Notes under the pieces: generated by a model
Told to the model about the DNA's origin: nothing
The model's database searches: none
The model's input: the letters and a program-made list of their open reading frames with translations, nothing else
Translations under genes and position numbers: made by a program
NCBI GenBank assembly: GCA_965248355.1
Contig: OZ252098.1
Span: 4,736,001-4,800,000 of the forward strand
Direction: 5' to 3'
DNA length: 64,000 nt
Origin: Candidatus Latescibacterota bacterium
GTDB taxonomy: Bacteria > Latescibacterota > UBA2968 > UBA8231
Shown: piece by piece, positions 49,306 through 59,623 of the stretch
How positions within the stretch are numbered: the first letter of the stretch is position 1
Layout of the letters: each line of letters opens with the position of its first letter

Positions 49306-52300
49306 ATGCGGAACTGCGCTCTCCTCACGTCAGCCCTTCTCGGACTGAGCCTGGTCGGCCCGGTCCCTGCCTCCGTCTACCTGCCCCTGGAGGATCTCCA
49401 GGATAGACCCCTGGCCGCTTCCAAGGCGCTGGCCGAGGACTGTCCCTCCGTGGACCTCGCCGCTCTGGAGGGGGATGATCTGACCGTCTTCGTGCGGACG
49501 ATCTCGGAGCCCTGCTTCGAGCGAGCGTTCTTCATCGGGGAAAATCCGTCCCTGAGGGACGACGCGCCAACCGTCTTCGGCGACCGCAATCTGCAGTCGG
49601 TTCTCGCCGAGATCGAGGAGTTGGCCGCCACCTACGATGGCAGCAACGGCAGGGGCATGCTTCAACTCTGGCGCTTCGTGCAGATCTCCTACGAGTACCA
49701 CAGGTTCTGGCAGGGCATCTCGGGGGTGGGACCCTTCGACGAGGAAACGGACCGCGCCTACCTGGACGCCTCCGACGCCCTTGCCGCCAGCGACCATTTC
49801 TACGACGCCAACGACGAAGCGGCCCGGATCCTGTACTACTACTTCGAGGCAGCCTACGCCGCCGGATTCCGGCGGAACCACCTGGCTCCGATCAAGCAGG
49901 TCCTCTCGGGGTTCACCGCTGAGCGGGCGGTCACGGAGCGCCATGCATGGGGGCCGCAACCGTGGGCTTTCATCACGGTCCTGCGCCGGGTGTGGGGTGC
50001 GTTCCTGGATCATGAGCAGGAGTTCATCGACGTCTTGGCGCAGGACCCCGAGTTCATCGAGGTGATGCTGCATGTCACCGGGTATGGCTTCTTCTTCTTG
50101 GTCTCGGAGGACGATCCCTTCAATTCGAGGATCAGGTTCCTGAACGAAGCGATCGACATTCTGGTCCGTTTGACCTGGGTGGAGAGCTCGAGGGAATCCG
50201 CCATCGCCGCCCTCGAGACCGTCCTATCCGAGCAGGATCGGCTCAGCAGCGCTTTCCTGGTGGCCGCCAAGGGACTGGAGAGCCACGTCGACTGCGAGAG
50301 CCTGAACGTCTGCCGGGAGGTGCTGGAGGAGGAGATCCTGGTCCGGGCGGTGCCCAACACCTACCGCTTCGAAGGAGGTGCGGTGGTCTTTCAGACCTCC
50401 CTGGACCTTGAGGAGGTGCTGCCCCTGTACCACGGGATCAAGGCGGTGCAGTCCCAGTTCCACCGGGTGGTGGAGACCGACGATCCCGTGGAAGAAGACA
50501 GAGACGTTTTCACCGCCAGGATCTTCGGCAACCGCCTCGACTACTCGGTGTTCGAGTCCTACCTGACGGGCGCCGACACCTGGGGCATCCACGGCGGCGG
50601 CGTCTACGGCCGCGGAGAAATGCGTTCCTGGATACGCAACAGGCCGGGAGACGCCAGCTCGTACGGCGACGGCATCTTCGAGGAGACGGTCCGCCACGAG
50701 TACGCCCACTACCTGGCGGACCGCTTCGGACTGCTGAGTTTCGGCGGGCCCTGGTTCGACGAAGGCCTGGCCGAGTTCCTGGTGGGCAGCACCCGGACCG
50801 GAGGCGTGCACGTGCGCCGCTGGACGGTGAGGCACATCTGGGGGAGCGAGCCTCACCTCGACCCGGCCGGCCTGTTCGAGTCCAGCTACAGTGCCGACCT
50901 GGGAGGCGGCGCCTTCTACAACTACGCCGGACTCTTCTTCCACTTCATGCATCAGGAACGACGGAGTGAATTGCTGTCGCTGTTCGATCTGGTTCGCAGC
51001 GGCGATTCCGGCGCCTATTCCGAGCAGATCGAGAGATGGGGGCAAGACGCCCGGTTGGCCGCGGACTTCAGTCTCTTCCTGGACGAGCAGACCGGCCAGC
51101 TCGATCAGCACGCGGACATCGTCTCCACGGAGTTCATTCCCCGAGGCTTCCTCACCATCGACAGCGTGGACGAGATCCAGTCCGTCTTGGAAGAGATCGG
51201 CGATCTGGACCTGAGTTGCCACTCCGTCGATTCCGAGCTGTCCCCCCGCTTCCGCTGCAGCGGTCGGCTTGCCGCCGAGCCGGGATTTACCGGAGACCGC
51301 GGCGAGATCAACGAGCACTTGAACGCCCGGCTGGACGCGATCCTCAAGGCGGCCCTGGAAAAGGAGGAGATCAACAACCTCCAGAACATGGATTGCTACT
51401 TTGCCGATGCAGGTGGCAGCCCCCCGGTGGCCGATCTCCTCTGCGACGGCCCGTTGCGCCCTGAAAACCTGCCGGCAACCGGTGTGGACTTGCGTGTGGC
51501 GATTATCCACATCCCCGACAATCCCGAGCCCGAAGTGGGGGTGGAATACCCTTTCCAAGTGGAGGTGGACGTTTCGTATTCAGCCGATACGTCCAAGCTG
51601 GCGGCCTCGAATTACAAGATTCTCTGGTCCTCCAACCTGCCGATAAGAGTCGTCGCCGCTTTTGCAGAATCCAACAACAGGGAATGCGAGATCACCGAAA
51701 CGGACAACCTGACCGGAGGGGCAGAATGCGGCGTCCTGAGGTCTGATGGATTGCCCGAGATTGTGGTGATGCATCTGGTTCCGTCCCAGGAGGGAAGGCT
51801 GGCAATCTCGGTTGAGCTGTCCTCCGACGAGTTCGAGTTCGAGCCGACGGACAACGTGGACACCGTGGAACTGACGGTCGGACCCGCACCGATCCGATAT
51901 CCCACCGGCATTTCGAGGCTCACCGGCAACTGGCAGGAGCAGGCGGCCGGCCAGCCCCTGGAGAACCCCCTCGTCGTCGAGGTGAGAGACCAGTACGGCG
52001 ATCTGTTCGAGGGAGCCGGCGTCACCTATGCGGTGATGGCCGGAGATGAAGTCCTCTCGACAACCAGGGACACCACCGATGCCAACGGACGCGCCGCCGC
52101 CATCGTGACACTGCCCCGCGAGCCGGGGAGATACAGAGTCGAGGTGACGATCGAGGGAGTGGAGTCGGTAGCGGCCTTCACGGTCACCGCTGAGGTCACC
52201 CCCGACTTCGATGGCGACGGCGAGGTCGGCTTCTCCGACTTCTTCCTCTTCGCCGAGGCCTTCGGCGGCAGCGACCCCCTCTTCGACCTGGACGACAGCG

Positions 52301-52680
52301 GCTCGGTGGACTTCGCCGACTTCTTCCTCTTCGCCGAGAGCTTCGGCCAGCCGGCGAGAGCCAAGCTGCTGGCCCTGGCGCGGGACCGGATCGGCCTGCC
52401 CGGCGAGGCGCAACTGCAGCAGAACGCGCCCAATCCCTTCAACAGCCAGACCGTCATCTCGTGGTTCCAGTTGCAGTCGGGGCCGGCGCGCCTGGAGGTG
52501 TTCGCCCTGACCGGGCAGCGGGTGGCGGTCTTGCGCGAGGGTCCGCAGAAGGCCGGCTTTCACCGCCTGCGCTGGGACGGGGGGGACGCGCAGGGCCGCC
52601 CCCTGGCCAGCGGCGTCTACGTATACCGGCTGGCGACGTCCGAGGGTGTGCAGACCCGCAAGCTCACCCTGCTGCGGTAG
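49306..52680 (+). CDS. Secreted M9-type collagenase-like zinc metalloprotease with Ig-like, EF-hand/dockerin-like and FlgD/T9SS-like CTD modules
   Basis: Signal peptide; RHEYAHYLADRF (HExxH), WFDEGLAEF; DFDGDGEVGFSDF / DLDDSGSVDFADF; NAPNPFN...LASGVYVYRL...TRKLTLLR. Confidence 0.8.
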   Translation: MRNCALLTSALLGLSLVGPVPASVYLPLEDLQDRPLAASKALAEDCPSVDLAALEGDDLTVFVRTISEPCFERAFFIGENPSLRDDAPTVFGDRNLQSVLAEIEELAATYDGSNGRGMLQLWRFVQISYEYHRFWQGISGVGPFDEETDRAYLDASDALAASDHFYDANDEAARILYYYFEAAYAAGFRRNHLAPIKQVLSGFTAERAVTERHAWGPQPWAFITVLRRVWGAFLDHEQEFIDVLAQDPEFIEVMLHVTGYGFFFLVSEDDPFNSRIRFLNEAIDILVRLTWVESSRESAIAALETVLSEQDRLSSAFLVAAKGLESHVDCESLNVCREVLEEEILVRAVPNTYRFEGGAVVFQTSLDLEEVLPLYHGIKAVQSQFHRVVETDDPVEEDRDVFTARIFGNRLDYSVFESYLTGADTWGIHGGGVYGRGEMRSWIRNRPGDASSYGDGIFEETVRHEYAHYLADRFGLLSFGGPWFDEGLAEFLVGSTRTGGVHVRRWTVRHIWGSEPHLDPAGLFESSYSADLGGGAFYNYAGLFFHFMHQERRSELLSLFDLVRSGDSGAYSEQIERWGQDARLAADFSLFLDEQTGQLDQHADIVSTEFIPRGFLTIDSVDEIQSVLEEIGDLDLSCHSVDSELSPRFRCSGRLAAEPGFTGDRGEINEHLNARLDAILKAALEKEEINNLQNMDCYFADAGGSPPVADLLCDGPLRPENLPATGVDLRVAIIHIPDNPEPEVGVEYPFQVEVDVSYSADTSKLAASNYKILWSSNLPIRVVAAFAESNNRECEITETDNLTGGAECGVLRSDGLPEIVVMHLVPSQEGRLAISVELSSDEFEFEPTDNVDTVELTVGPAPIRYPTGISRLTGNWQEQAAGQPLENPLVVEVRDQYGDLFEGAGVTYAVMAGDEVLSTTRDTTDANGRAAAIVTLPREPGRYRVEVTIEGVESVAAFTVTAEVTPDFDGDGEVGFSDFFLFAEAFGGSDPLFDLDDSGSVDFADFFLFAESFGQPARAKLLALARDRIGLPGEAQLQQNAPNPFNSQTVISWFQLQSGPARLEVFALTGQRVAVLREGPQKAGFHRLRWDGGDAQGRPLASGVYVYRLATSEGVQTRKLTLLR

Positions 52681-52732
52681 TTGCTCCGAGGCCGCAGGAC
52701 GCCCAAGGAACAGGGAAGCGACGAACCACCCT

Positions 52733-53548
52733 TCAGAAACGCATCCGGGCGACTGCTGAGACGCCGCGCTGGCCGGGACTCAGACCTGCGGAGAGGCGAA
52801 TCCCTTCGCTCTTCTCGCGCCACATTTCCGACGCCATTGTCGAAAGGACAGGAGGGCCGATGATCACGGCCCACGGATTGTCCGAGGCGTACAGGATCGA
52901 GCCCCCGAGAAGAAGTCCAGCCACACCGCCTGCCAGCGCATAGATGAACCGGCAACGTGGATCGATGCTGCTCACGCTCACCGCGGCTCCGGCCGTGAAC
53001 CCGACGGGCCACAAGCCCAAGGCCGTATACCCATTGACCCCGATTCCAGCGAGGCCGATCGGTACCGCCAACCCTGAGAGTATTCCTCCCACACTGCCAA
53101 CCAGCAACTTCATGACAATCCTCCTTCGCGTGCCCACGGTATCGAGTTCCGACGGCTCAGACACGAGAGTGGGGAAAGCCGGGTCCGGGTAACCTGGCCA
53201 TTGCGGCGAAGGCGAATCCAGCTGATCGAACCCTTGAATGCGCTCGAGGTCGATTCGCTGCACTGAGTCCCGCCCCTCCAGGGCCAGCAGGACTCGTTCC
53301 CCGTCCACGGCTTGAATCGTCCCCTTCGCTATGGCCAGTTTGGGCCATTCGCCCGAGAGAGGATCACGGTAGCCCAGCCCATAGACGATGGTCACGGAGG
53401 CGCCCGCTCTCACCTTGCTGGTGTCGACTGCAGAAGAGTTCCGAGACGCGTCCTGGCCACCGGCGGAGTTTGCATGTGCATGGGTGGCCCATGCTGACAG
53501 GATCAGCGTAACCAGGACGACGGGGCTCACGGGGATGTTCATCGGCAT
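52733..53548 (-). CDS. Hypothetical exported/membrane protein
   Basis: Signal-like N-terminus, small beta domain, Gly-rich hydrophobic helices, C-terminal ...VSAVARMRF; lower GC. Confidence 0.6.
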   Translation of the reverse strand: MPMNIPVSPVVLVTLILSAWATHAHANSAGGQDASRNSSAVDTSKVRAGASVTIVYGLGYRDPLSGEWPKLAIAKGTIQAVDGERVLLALEGRDSVQRIDLERIQGFDQLDSPSPQWPGYPDPAFPTLVSEPSELDTVGTRRRIVMKLLVGSVGGILSGLAVPIGLAGIGVNGYTALGLWPVGFTAGAAVSVSSIDPRCRFIYALAGGVAGLLLGGSILYASDNPWAVIIGPPVLSTMASEMWREKSEGIRLSAGLSPGQRGVSAVARMRF

Positions 53549-53561
53549 CAGCGGCGGAGAG

Positions 53562-55220
53562 CTACATGCCCCACACGGTGACTCTCGTCTCCCCCGTGTC
53601 GTTGCGGCGGAAGATCTTGTCCTCCCACGACACGCCGGCCGTGCGGTCGAAGACCACGAGATGCCCCTCCTCCGCGGCGCACCGATCCATGTACGCGCGG
53701 GTCTGTTCGAGACCCTCGTTCACGGTCTGCTCCAGGCTCTTGTACAGCAACTTGCATTCGACCACGGCCTTCTGCACAGCCTGACCCGGCTGGGCCTCCC
53801 CAGTCAGCGGCCACAGAATCAGCAGGTCCGTGCGCCTTCGACCCAGTCCGTACTCGCGCTCGATGCGGCCGCCACCGTTGACGATGCGCTGCAAGAACGC
53901 CTGAAGGAGCAACTGCGGACCGGCCTCCTTGTACTGGAACCGCTCGACCCAGTGCTCCGAATGCTCGCGGAAGAACGCCTGGAAGGCGGCCAGCAGGTCG
54001 GCGAGGCGCAAGGTGCCGTCCGCATCGACGTACCAGGCCGGATCCTGATAGAGATATTCCTGTGTGGTGTAGGTGAGGTCGCGGGGGATGACCTCCTGGT
54101 AGATCGGGTTGGCAATGGCGATCGGGCCCTGCCGGCGCACGAGGCCCAGGTCGCGGACGTAGTCCAGGTCGTCGACGGGGATTTTCTCGGCGGACTCGGT
54201 GCCGCTCAGCAGCGGTTCGACCACGCGCCGGACGCGTTCCTCCTGCAGCTTGTCCGTGAGTTGATCGAGATGGGTCTCGCGGCGCAGGATGAGCTGCTCG
54301 CGGGCGTCGACGATCGCCTCGGCCGTAATCGCCCGGCTGCGATCCCGCCCCGCCTTGTTCCTGAAGCAGGCTTCGTACGCCAGCGCGTTCACCAGCCAGG
54401 GCTGCCCCCGGGTCAGCTCCCAGATCCTGGTCCGGGCCTCCTCGGTGAACACCTGCCCGGTTTCCCCGGTGTGTTGCGCCAGCAGCGCACGCGCCTCGAC
54501 CTCGGTGAAGTCGCCCAGGCACAGGGACTCGGCGCGGATGTTGAAGGCGCTGCCGCCGGCGATGACGGCGTTCTCGGTGCTGGAGTGGATGCGGTAGTCG
54601 CGCACGTCCCGCACCCCGCACAGGATGACGCTCTGCGGAAACCGGCGCGGGCGCTCCGGGTAGCCGGCGCGCAGTTGCCGCAGGACCGCCAGCAGGGTGT
54701 CGCCGATCAGCGCGTCGATCTCGTCGATCATCAGCACCAGGGGCCTGGAATCGGCCGCGGCCCAGCGGCCCAGCACCTCCTGCAACACGCCGTGGGGGCC
54801 GGCCCGCTCGAGGATGGCCGGCCATATCCCGGCTACGAACCGGTCATCCAAGGCTGTTTCGGCGTCGTAGGCGGTCTGATTCAGTATCGCCCGCATCGCC
54901 TCCGCCACGTCCTCGCGGGCGGACTGGCCGATCTCCACGTTCACGTACGCGCAGCGATACCGGCCGCTGGCGTTCAACTCCTCCAGCAGCGCCAGCAGCG
55001 CCGAGGTCTTGCCCGTCTGCCGGGGCGCGTGCAGCACGAAGTACCGCTTCTGCTCGATCAGCAGCAGCACCTCGTCGAGGTCGAGCCGCTCCAATGGGGG
55101 AACGTGGTAGTGATCCGCCGGGATCATGGGACCGGCCGTGTTGAAGAAACGCCTGGGTCCGTCATGGACCCGGGATCGCGCCCTCTCCCCGGCCTTGTCC
55201 GTCAGCGAGTTGTGCGTCAC
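53562..55220 (-). CDS. AAA-like ATPase fused to C-terminal PD-(D/E)XK-like domain
   Basis: RFFNTAGP, Walker A APRQTGKTS, Walker B LMIDEID, LTRGQPWLVN, C-term REYGLGRRRTDLLI...VVECK; GAGGAG RBS before GTG 55220. Confidence 0.8.
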   Translation of the reverse strand: MTHNSLTDKAGERARSRVHDGPRRFFNTAGPMIPADHYHVPPLERLDLDEVLLLIEQKRYFVLHAPRQTGKTSALLALLEELNASGRYRCAYVNVEIGQSAREDVAEAMRAILNQTAYDAETALDDRFVAGIWPAILERAGPHGVLQEVLGRWAAADSRPLVLMIDEIDALIGDTLLAVLRQLRAGYPERPRRFPQSVILCGVRDVRDYRIHSSTENAVIAGGSAFNIRAESLCLGDFTEVEARALLAQHTGETGQVFTEEARTRIWELTRGQPWLVNALAYEACFRNKAGRDRSRAITAEAIVDAREQLILRRETHLDQLTDKLQEERVRRVVEPLLSGTESAEKIPVDDLDYVRDLGLVRRQGPIAIANPIYQEVIPRDLTYTTQEYLYQDPAWYVDADGTLRLADLLAAFQAFFREHSEHWVERFQYKEAGPQLLLQAFLQRIVNGGGRIEREYGLGRRRTDLLILWPLTGEAQPGQAVQKAVVECKLLYKSLEQTVNEGLEQTRAYMDRCAAEEGHLVVFDRTAGVSWEDKIFRRNDTGETRVTVWGM

Positions 55221-55394
55221 AGCTCTTTCTCCTCGTCCGGAACCCACAAAGTCAGGGGTTCCGTTTGCGGCGCGCAACCTTGTCGGAAGCAGGGCGTCGA
55301 GCGCGACAGCATGACCATCAGCCGGCCGTCGCGCAGGCGGATCGTGGAGCGCGTGAAGATCGGTGGCCTCTTCGAAATCGAGGACCCCGATCCC

Positions 55395-57539
55395 TCAGCC
55401 CCCTTCCGCCACCCCCGCCAGGTCCAGCAGAAACGCGTAGATCAGCGCCGTCTCCCGGTACCGCCGGTAGCGCCCGGAGGGCCCCCCGTGGCCGGCGACC
55501 ATCTCCGTCTTCAGCAGCAGCCGCGAGTCGCCGGTGCGCAGGACGCGCTGCCGGGCGACCCACTTGGCCGGCTCCCAGTACTGGACCGCGGCGTCCCCGA
55601 CGCTGGTGAGGACGAGCAGGTTGGGGTATTCCCCGGCGGCGAGGTTGTCGTAGGGGGAGTACGAGAGCATGTAGTCGTAGTAGTCCTTCTCGTTCGGGTT
55701 CCCCCACTCGTCGTACTCCCCCGTGGTCAGGGGGATGCTGTCGTCGAGCATGGTGGTCACCACGTCGACCCACGGCACCTGCGCGACGAAGCCGTCGAAC
55801 AGGTCGGGGCGCATGTTCATCACCGCGCCCACGAGCAGGCCGCCGGCGCTGGCGCCCTCGGCGTAGAGCCGCTCCGGGCTGGTGAAGCCCTGGGCGACGA
55901 GGTGCTCGGCGCAGTCGATGAAGTCGGTGAAGGTGTTCTTCTTGCGCAGCAGCTTGCCGTCGTCGTACCAGGCGCGGCCGAGGGCCTGGCCGCCGCGCAC
56001 GTGGGCGATGGCGTAGACGAAGCCGCGGTCGAGGAGGCTCAGGCGGTTGGAGGCGAAGGAGGCGTCGATGGTGTAGCCGTAGGAGCCGTATCCGTAGAGC
56101 AGCAGGGGATGGCGGCCGTCGCGCTCGAGGCCCTTGCGGTAGACGAGGGAGATGGGCACGCGGGCTCCGTCGCGGGCCGGGGCCCAGAGCCGCTCGGTCC
56201 GGTAGTGGGCGGGGTCGAAGTCTCCGCCGAGGACCTCCTCGCGCTTCACCAGGACCCGCTCGCGCGTCTCCATGTCGTAGTCGTAGTCGGAGTCGGGCGT
56301 GGTCAGCGACTGGTAGCGGTAGCGCAGGGTCGAGGTGTCGAACTCCCAGTTGCCGTAGGTGTAGGCGAGATAGGCGGGCTCCCGGAAGTCGATGTCGTGC
56401 TCGGCGCCTGAATCGAGGCGGCGGACGCGCAGCCGCCGCAGGCCGTCACTGCGCTCCACGGCGACGAGGTGGCGGTCGAAGACGTCCACCTCCTCCAGGA
56501 GCACGTCCTCGCGGTGGGGGATGACCTCCTCCCAGTGCTCGCGGCCCGTGGCCTCATCCGGGGTGCGCATGAGGCGGAAGTTGCGCGCCTGGTCGTTGGT
56601 GACCAGGTAGAACCAGCCGTTGCCGTGGTCGATGGTGTACTCGTGGTCGCGCTGCCTCGGCGCCAGCAGGCGGAACTCGGCCCGGGGCTCGGCGGCGGGG
56701 ATGAAGCGGTACTCGTTGCTCACCGTCTGCCACATCCCCAGCACGATCCAGGCCCGGGAGCGGGTCTTGAAGACGTAGGCGTCGAAGGTCTCGTCCTCCT
56801 CCTCGTAGACGAGGACGTCCGCCGCCGCGCCGGTGCCCAGCTCGTGGCGGTAGAGCCGGTACCAGCGCAGGGTCTCCGGGTGCTGGCGCACGTAGAACAG
56901 GGTGAGGTCGTCCTCGGCCCAGGCGAGGTTGTGGGTGGCCGAGGGGATGCTCTCCTCCCGCACCTCGCCCGTGGCCAGGTCCTTGAAGTGGATGGTGCAG
57001 ATGCGGCGCCCCGTGGTGTCGGCGGCGAAGGCGAGCACGTCCTGGCTCGGGTTCACGCTCCAGGAGCTGACGTCGTAGTAGTCGTGGCCCTCGGCCAGGG
57101 CGTTGACGTCGAGGAGGATCTCCTCCTCTGCCTCCATCGAGCCGCGGCGCCGGCAGTGGATGGGGTACTCCTTCCCGTCCTCGTAGCGCGTGTAGTAGAA
57201 GTACTCGCCGCGCCTGGAGGGCGCCGTGGAGTCGGTCTGCTTGATGCGGCCCTTGATCTCCTCGAAGAGCCGCTCCTGCAGCGGCTCGGTGTGGGCCATC
57301 ACCGACCGGGTGTAGTCGTTCTCGGCCTCCAGGTGGGCCGTGACCTCGGGGTTGTCGCGCTCGCGCAGCCAGTAGTAGTCGTCGACGCGCACGTGGCCGT
57401 GGGCGGCCAACTCGTGGGGGCGCCTCTCGGCCGCCGGGGCGGGCATGGTGTTCACCTTCACCTTCTCCTCCTCCTCCTGGGCCAGGGCCGCGGCGGCCGG
57501 GATCGCCAGCGCCGCCGCCAGCGCAAGGGCGGACCTCAC
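55395..57539 (-). CDS. ptrB: Oligopeptidase B (S9A), with signal peptide
   Basis: DDYYWLR, LEAENDY, LYGYGSYG, HVRGG, GASAGG (catalytic Ser), VPWVDV, EWGNP, WEPAKW, AGHGG; GTG start overlaps the PhyH stop. Confidence 0.93.
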   Translation of the reverse strand: MRSALALAAALAIPAAAALAQEEEEKVKVNTMPAPAAERRPHELAAHGHVRVDDYYWLRERDNPEVTAHLEAENDYTRSVMAHTEPLQERLFEEIKGRIKQTDSTAPSRRGEYFYYTRYEDGKEYPIHCRRRGSMEAEEEILLDVNALAEGHDYYDVSSWSVNPSQDVLAFAADTTGRRICTIHFKDLATGEVREESIPSATHNLAWAEDDLTLFYVRQHPETLRWYRLYRHELGTGAAADVLVYEEEDETFDAYVFKTRSRAWIVLGMWQTVSNEYRFIPAAEPRAEFRLLAPRQRDHEYTIDHGNGWFYLVTNDQARNFRLMRTPDEATGREHWEEVIPHREDVLLEEVDVFDRHLVAVERSDGLRRLRVRRLDSGAEHDIDFREPAYLAYTYGNWEFDTSTLRYRYQSLTTPDSDYDYDMETRERVLVKREEVLGGDFDPAHYRTERLWAPARDGARVPISLVYRKGLERDGRHPLLLYGYGSYGYTIDASFASNRLSLLDRGFVYAIAHVRGGQALGRAWYDDGKLLRKKNTFTDFIDCAEHLVAQGFTSPERLYAEGASAGGLLVGAVMNMRPDLFDGFVAQVPWVDVVTTMLDDSIPLTTGEYDEWGNPNEKDYYDYMLSYSPYDNLAAGEYPNLLVLTSVGDAAVQYWEPAKWVARQRVLRTGDSRLLLKTEMVAGHGGPSGRYRRYRETALIYAFLLDLAGVAEGG

Positions 57540-58372
57540 GCCCGCACCTGCACCGAGTCCGGGGTCGGAGCGCGCTCCTGCTCCTGCGGGCGGAAGCCGG
57601 AGACGACGATGTTGTCGTTGCGGGGCAGGATGTTGCCGGGGTCGATGCGGTGCGGGTCGTCCTCGGCGCGGCCCACGGGGCGCATGGCGGTGCTGTGGTA
57701 GCCGAAGCGGACCGCCTTGCGCCACTGGTCGGTGCGGTTGCAGTCGGACCAGTGGATGGCGAGATAGCTGAAGAAGACGATGTCGCCGAGGTTGGCCGGG
57801 ATGGTCACCGTGTCGAGGTGGTCGGGGTGGTATTTGTCGGGGGGCAGGTGGGGGGCGGTGTCCGGGCCGAGGACGTGCTCCAGGGGTCCGTCCTTGTGGC
57901 TGCCGGGGACCACGTGCAGGGCGCCGCTCTCCAGGGGCGCGTCGTCGAGGTGCAGGAGGCAGTCGACGAAGTCGGGGCCGTCGTGGGGGTAGAAGGGGTA
58001 GTCCTGGTGCATGGGGAAGGGCGTGCCCCGCTCCGGCGGCTTGGCGTGCAGCACCGTGTGGTGCCACTGCACGCTGTCGCCCACCAGGTCGCGCACGCTG
58101 CCCACCAGGCCCTCGTGGTGGATGACGCGGGCCCACACGGCGGAGTAGAAGTCCGGCCGGTGCAGGAACACGGCCTTGGTGTTGAGGCGCTCCTCCTCGT
58201 CCAGGTAGCGGTCGCGCCAGGGGCCCTTCCAGCCGATCGTCTCCTGCCCCCACTCCTCGATGATGCGCACCATGTCGGCGGCCAGCTCGTCGGTCTCCTG
58301 CGGCGAGAACAGGCCCTCCACCTTGACGAAGCCGTGGCGATGGTAGTGGTCGATCTGGTCCCTCGTGAGCAT
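57536..58372 (-). CDS. Phytanoyl-CoA dioxygenase (PhyH) family Fe/2OG enzyme
   Basis: MLT.DQI..Y...GF, KPP, HQD (HxD), LDDA...GAL.VVPGSH, GDIVFF....HWS..N....R. Confidence 0.9.
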   Translation of the reverse strand: MLTRDQIDHYHRHGFVKVEGLFSPQETDELAADMVRIIEEWGQETIGWKGPWRDRYLDEEERLNTKAVFLHRPDFYSAVWARVIHHEGLVGSVRDLVGDSVQWHHTVLHAKPPERGTPFPMHQDYPFYPHDGPDFVDCLLHLDDAPLESGALHVVPGSHKDGPLEHVLGPDTAPHLPPDKYHPDHLDTVTIPANLGDIVFFSYLAIHWSDCNRTDQWRKAVRFGYHSTAMRPVGRAEDDPHRIDPGNILPRNDNIVVSGFRPQEQERAPTPDSVQVRA

Positions 58373-58444
58373 GGGGCGGGTCTCCTGTGTCGGGTGGGTG
58401 GGCAATGGTAGACAGAGGTCCCTCCCCCCGCTACTCTCTGTGAC

Positions 58445-59530
58445 ATGGCCCGCTCCGAGAGATTCGCCCGCACCCGCTTCGCCGCCGGCGTCGTCGGCAG
58501 CCTGCCGCGGCCCCTCATGGTGCGCGAGATGCTGCCCGAGCTGCCCGGCCCGGCCTCGGCCGCGGCCGCCCGCTCGCCGCAGATGGACGCCGCCGTCGGC
58601 TACGCCATCGCCGTGCAGGAGCAGGCCGGCCTGGACCTGGTCAGCGACGGCGAGTGGCGCCGCCACGCCTACACCCACGTCATCGCCGACATCGCCACCG
58701 GCTTCAGCGGGGACCTGCGCACCGAGCCCCACCGCTGGGGGATCTCGGTCACGGAGCCCATGGAGGTCGTCAACCCCGGGCTGATCGCCTCGGAGGCGCG
58801 CTTCCTGGTGGCCGCCACCGACCGCATGACCAAGGTCTGCGTGCCGTCGCCGTACCTGCTCGGGGTCCGCCTCTGGGAGCGGGAGGTCTCCTCCCGGGCC
58901 TATCCGACGCGCGACCGCTTCATCGAGGAAGTCGCCGTCATCCTGCGCCAGGAGCTGCTGGCCCTGCAGGAGACCGGGGTCACCGTGGTGCAGGTCGACG
59001 AGCCCCACCTGTGCGTGCTCGTCGATCCCTCCTACCGCGACAGCTTCGAGGACGCCCGCTACGAGATGGACCTGGCGGCGGACATGATCAACGGCATGCT
59101 CTCCGGCGTCGACAGGGTGCAGACCGCCCTGCACCTGTGCCGGCGCAACTACGGGCGCCGCGGGTGGGGCGCCGAGGGCGGCTACGATCCGATCGTCGAG
59201 ACCATGCGCAAGATCGATGTCGACCAGTACGTCATGGAGTTCAGCATCCCCGTGGCCGGGGACGTCTCCGTCCTGAGGCGGCTGCCCGAGGACCGGCTCA
59301 TCGGCCTCGGCGCGGTGGAGTGCCGGTTCGAGAAGATCGACACCACCGAGCAGATCGCCGGCCGGGCGGAGGAGGCCCTGAGACACGTCGACGCCGGGCG
59401 CCTGAGCCTCAACCCCGACTGCGGCTTCGCCCCGGGTCTCGCCATCGACATGCCCCTGGAGGAGCCCTACCTCAAGCTGAAGAACGAGGCCGAGGCGGCG
59501 ACCCTCCTGCGCGAGCGCTACCCGGCCTGA
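58445..59530 (+). CDS. Cobalamin-independent methionine synthase II (single-barrel MetE-like) family protein
   Basis: VVGSLPRP, GLDLVSDGEWRR, QVDEP, HLC, E, NPDCG zinc ligands. Confidence 0.88.
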   Translation: MARSERFARTRFAAGVVGSLPRPLMVREMLPELPGPASAAAARSPQMDAAVGYAIAVQEQAGLDLVSDGEWRRHAYTHVIADIATGFSGDLRTEPHRWGISVTEPMEVVNPGLIASEARFLVAATDRMTKVCVPSPYLLGVRLWEREVSSRAYPTRDRFIEEVAVILRQELLALQETGVTVVQVDEPHLCVLVDPSYRDSFEDARYEMDLAADMINGMLSGVDRVQTALHLCRRNYGRRGWGAEGGYDPIVETMRKIDVDQYVMEFSIPVAGDVSVLRRLPEDRLIGLGAVECRFEKIDTTEQIAGRAEEALRHVDAGRLSLNPDCGFAPGLAIDMPLEEPYLKLKNEAEAATLLRERYPA

Positions 59531-59623
59531 GGGCTGCTCAGCCCGCGTTGAAGCCCCCGGACAGCGCCTCTATCTTCACAGGCTCCGCCCGTTGCGCCCC
59601 ACCGAAGGAAGCCGCGCCCGAGG

